A DNA stretch of 27,651 bases, from assembly GCA_041697335.1 (NCBI GenBank), contig JBGUGD010000034.1, positions 1 through 27,651 on the forward strand, read 5' to 3'. The number at the start of each line of letters is the position of its first letter. Positions within the stretch are counted from its first letter, which is position 1. This document shows, piece after piece, positions 25,669 through 27,651 of the stretch. The position numbers and the translations under genes were made by a program. Below the pieces are notes generated by a model. It made no database searches and was not told the origin of the DNA. It saw nothing but the letters and a program-made list of their open reading frames with translations. This DNA comes from Vampirovibrionaceae bacterium NZW_1234. Its GTDB lineage: Bacteria > Cyanobacteriota > Vampirovibrionia > Vampirovibrionales > JAGQHJ01.

Positions 25669-26085
25669 ATGCACGATTACCTGGTAAAAGATGTCATGAC
25701 CCGGTGTGCCGTGATTGGTGTGCATGAGTATGACAGTGTGGCCAAGGCCATTGCCTTGATGGATCGCCATGGGATTAGTGCCCTGCCGGTGCTTCGGGTC
25801 AATACGTTTGTGGGTGTGCTGTCCAAAAGCGACATTGCCAGCGAGCGGTTTTTAGCGGAGCTGGCCGACGGGAAAACACCGGATCAGATTTTTGTAAAAG
25901 CCCTGATGAACCATACCGTGCCCTTGTCGGTGATGGAGACTCAGCCGGTCAGAGCGGCCGTCGAGCTGATGCACCGGCGAGGCATCCACCGGGTCTTCGT
26001 GACCAACGCCGAGCATGTGTTAACCGGCGTCCTCAGCACCACGAACGTTCTGAAGCTGTTGTATGTCGAAGGCGAATCAGCATAG
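25669..26085 (+). CDS. CBS-domain pair protein
   Basis: VKDVMT...AIALMDRHGISALPV...VGVLSKSD and AVELMHRRGIHRVFV...GVLSTTN. Confidence 0.9.
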   Translation: MHDYLVKDVMTRCAVIGVHEYDSVAKAIALMDRHGISALPVLRVNTFVGVLSKSDIASERFLAELADGKTPDQIFVKALMNHTVPLSVMETQPVRAAVELMHRRGIHRVFVTNAEHVLTGVLSTTNVLKLLYVEGESA

Positions 26086-26796
26086 GACCTTGGCGTTAAA
26101 CGGGTTTTCGTTTCGCCTGGGTTCTTCGTAGCGCCCGTTCTTAGGCATCAGGCCGCCATAGTCGACCCGCATCTGCCCGATCCGGTTTCCGGGATGATCG
26201 TCGGTGACACAAACCGGGGCCTCTGCCAGCGATTTGCCGTAGCGTGTGTCGGGGTTATCCTCTTCGGTGACAAATTCCATCAGCATCCAGCCCCTATGCG
26301 GGTTGGCCGTATACAAGCGGCAGAGATCCCGAATGGGGGTGTGAGTTAAATGGTACCCGGTGGCTATTTCCTGGGTCATCAACGGGATTTTATAGGGCTG
26401 TGCCACTTTAAGCATGTAGGTTTGAGAGCCGACTTTGAGTTTGTATCCGAAGCCATCCACCCCTTGGGCCTCATAGCTGAGTTTGATCCCGGGCAGGCGG
26501 ACAGCCGGAACCGGTTTTCCGAAGACCAGATTCTTCAAGGCGCCCAACCAGCCCTGACGCTCCGGCAACAGGCGGATCTGGTCTGACAGGGTGTCCAGGT
26601 AGGCCAGGATCGGTTGTTCGGGAAGCCCCAGGGTGCTCGTTATTTCACTGGGCAAGGTGCCGATATACGGGTCTTTGTCCCGCTTCAGGGCGGCATCAAG
26701 GCCGACATCGGATAACCAGTACTTTTGAGCCAGACGCGTGGCCACGGCGCCTTGAAAGCGCAGCGGGGTCAGCGGAGAGCGTATGGACAAGGACAC
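26077..26796 (-). CDS. Minimal protein-kinase-like protein with RF leader
   Basis: Likely GTG 26796 (MSLSIRSPLTPLRFQG). Gly loop AQGVDGFGY, YMLKV, alphaC QE, hinge LMEFV, catalytic DDHPGN, DYG. Confidence 0.7.
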   Translation of the reverse strand: MSLSIRSPLTPLRFQGAVATRLAQKYWLSDVGLDAALKRDKDPYIGTLPSEITSTLGLPEQPILAYLDTLSDQIRLLPERQGWLGALKNLVFGKPVPAVRLPGIKLSYEAQGVDGFGYKLKVGSQTYMLKVAQPYKIPLMTQEIATGYHLTHTPIRDLCRLYTANPHRGWMLMEFVTEEDNPDTRYGKSLAEAPVCVTDDHPGNRIGQMRVDYGGLMPKNGRYEEPRRNENPFNAKVLC

Positions 26797-26972
26797 GTAA
26801 TAAAAAGACTCCGGGTCGGGGCATGAAACTCTGGGGGCAATAACGGCACTGAATGAAAAAAGTTGCCAGGCATTATTTTGACAACGGGACCTTGATTGCA
26901 AAACCGACTTGGGCGAGAATGGGCCTTTCCCCTGATGGGACATTCGTATGGGATGATTGAGGAGAAACACAC

Positions 26973-27651
26973 ATGATGCGTCTTGGGAGCATTTCAGCTT
27001 GGTCTTCAGCGATGGGGGCGATGGGGCGGAACCAGCCACAGCGTGTCTCTAAACAACCCGCAGCCGTCTCCTTTTCCGGGTGGGGCTCCGGGGGGCGTAC
27101 CCTGACTTCGGCCGCCGCCCTGTTGATGCTTCTGGGAACCTCGGCGTGCATTAAACCCCAGAAACCCCAGCCACCTGAAAATCCGGCGAACGACACAACA
27201 CCGGCCGCTGTGAGTAACACCTCCAACGGGACGCATGACAATCTCAAAGGACTTCAATCCGACAAAGCCCCCACGGCAGACGAGGTTCGCGAGCGTTTCA
27301 AAAAAGGAGACCCCGGCAATATCAGCCTTACCGGCTTGATCCACGGCATGAATTCCCAGTCCAACACCCGGGTGTTCACCTATTCGGACCCCGACGACCT
27401 GTTTGACATGATCCACATCTCCGTCATTCCCGCCAATGCCGAGGTGGCCGAGCAGCTGGGCAAGGTGCGCCGAAACGACCTGGTGCACATTGAAGAAGCC
27501 ACCATCCACAAGACCGGGAGCCGCCAGCCCCATATGAAGGTCGCCAAGTTTTCGGTAAAAGGGACCTGGAGCCATGGCCTGGATACCCGGCCCACGAATT
27601 TATCCGTCGATATGGCCAAGACCCTGGCCCATCTGAAGACCCAATCCACGC
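26973..27651 (+). CDS. Hypothetical protein, possible lipoprotein, 3' end runs off the window
   Basis: Manually translated (absent from the ORF track). GAGGAG RBS, ATG 26973, open to the window end. MMRLGSISAW...NQP...AAVSFSG...RTLTSAAALLMLLGTSAC with Cys59, followed by a Pro-rich linker. Confidence 0.75.
   Translation, partial: MMRLGSISAWSSAMGAMGRNQPQRVSKQPAAVSFSGWGSGGRTLTSAAALLMLLGTSACIKPQKPQPPENPANDTTPAAVSNTSNGTHDNLKGLQSDKAPTADEVRERFKKGDPGNISLTGLIHGMNSQSNTRVFTYSDPDDLFDMIHISVIPANAEVAEQLGKVRRNDLVHIEEATIHKTGSRQPHMKVAKFSVKGTWSHGLDTRPTNLSVDMAKTLAHLKTQST

Noticed and set aside
19770..26796. RF leaders as Tat signals
   Set aside because: No twin-arginine S/T-R-R-x-F-L-K, and mostly no h-region after the motif.
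5607..27575. Long antisense ORFs (e.g. 5607-6401, 10056-11024, 15348-16067, 24654-25577, 27006-27575)
   Set aside because: Shadows of well-supported genes on the opposite strand, with no family motifs.

Overview
Chromosomal bacterial window, most likely from a flagellated non-photosynthetic relative of Cyanobacteria (Vampirovibrionia/Melainabacteria). This taxonomic call is an inference from cyanobacteria-like CysK, MutY-Nudix and UppS plus a FlaG-like gene with a sigma28-type promoter. Housekeeping genes: partial acyl-CoA ligase, mutY, nadD, uppS, RidA-family, MFS sugar transporter, CBS protein. There is a sulfur/ergothioneine cluster (egtD, cysK, cysteine dioxygenase, YeiH-family exporter, Egt1/OvoA-clade sulfoxide synthase), an acetyltransferase + sulfotransferase pair, and many orphan ORFs. 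Strongest signal: about nine mostly unrelated proteins share an S/T/P/R-rich, acid-poor N-terminal leader ending in (R/x)F(G/S/xG). The carriers include a minimal kinase, a HopA1/phosphothreonine-lyase-like protein, a Sel1-repeat protein, an extended proline iminopeptidase and a tandem paralog pair, which suggests a dedicated effector-export tag. An unexplained intergenic element at about 21.9-22.5 kb carries CGCGTG repeats in exact 11-bp phase, a central palindrome and flanking repeats. No rRNA, tRNA, CRISPR array or transposase was recognised.
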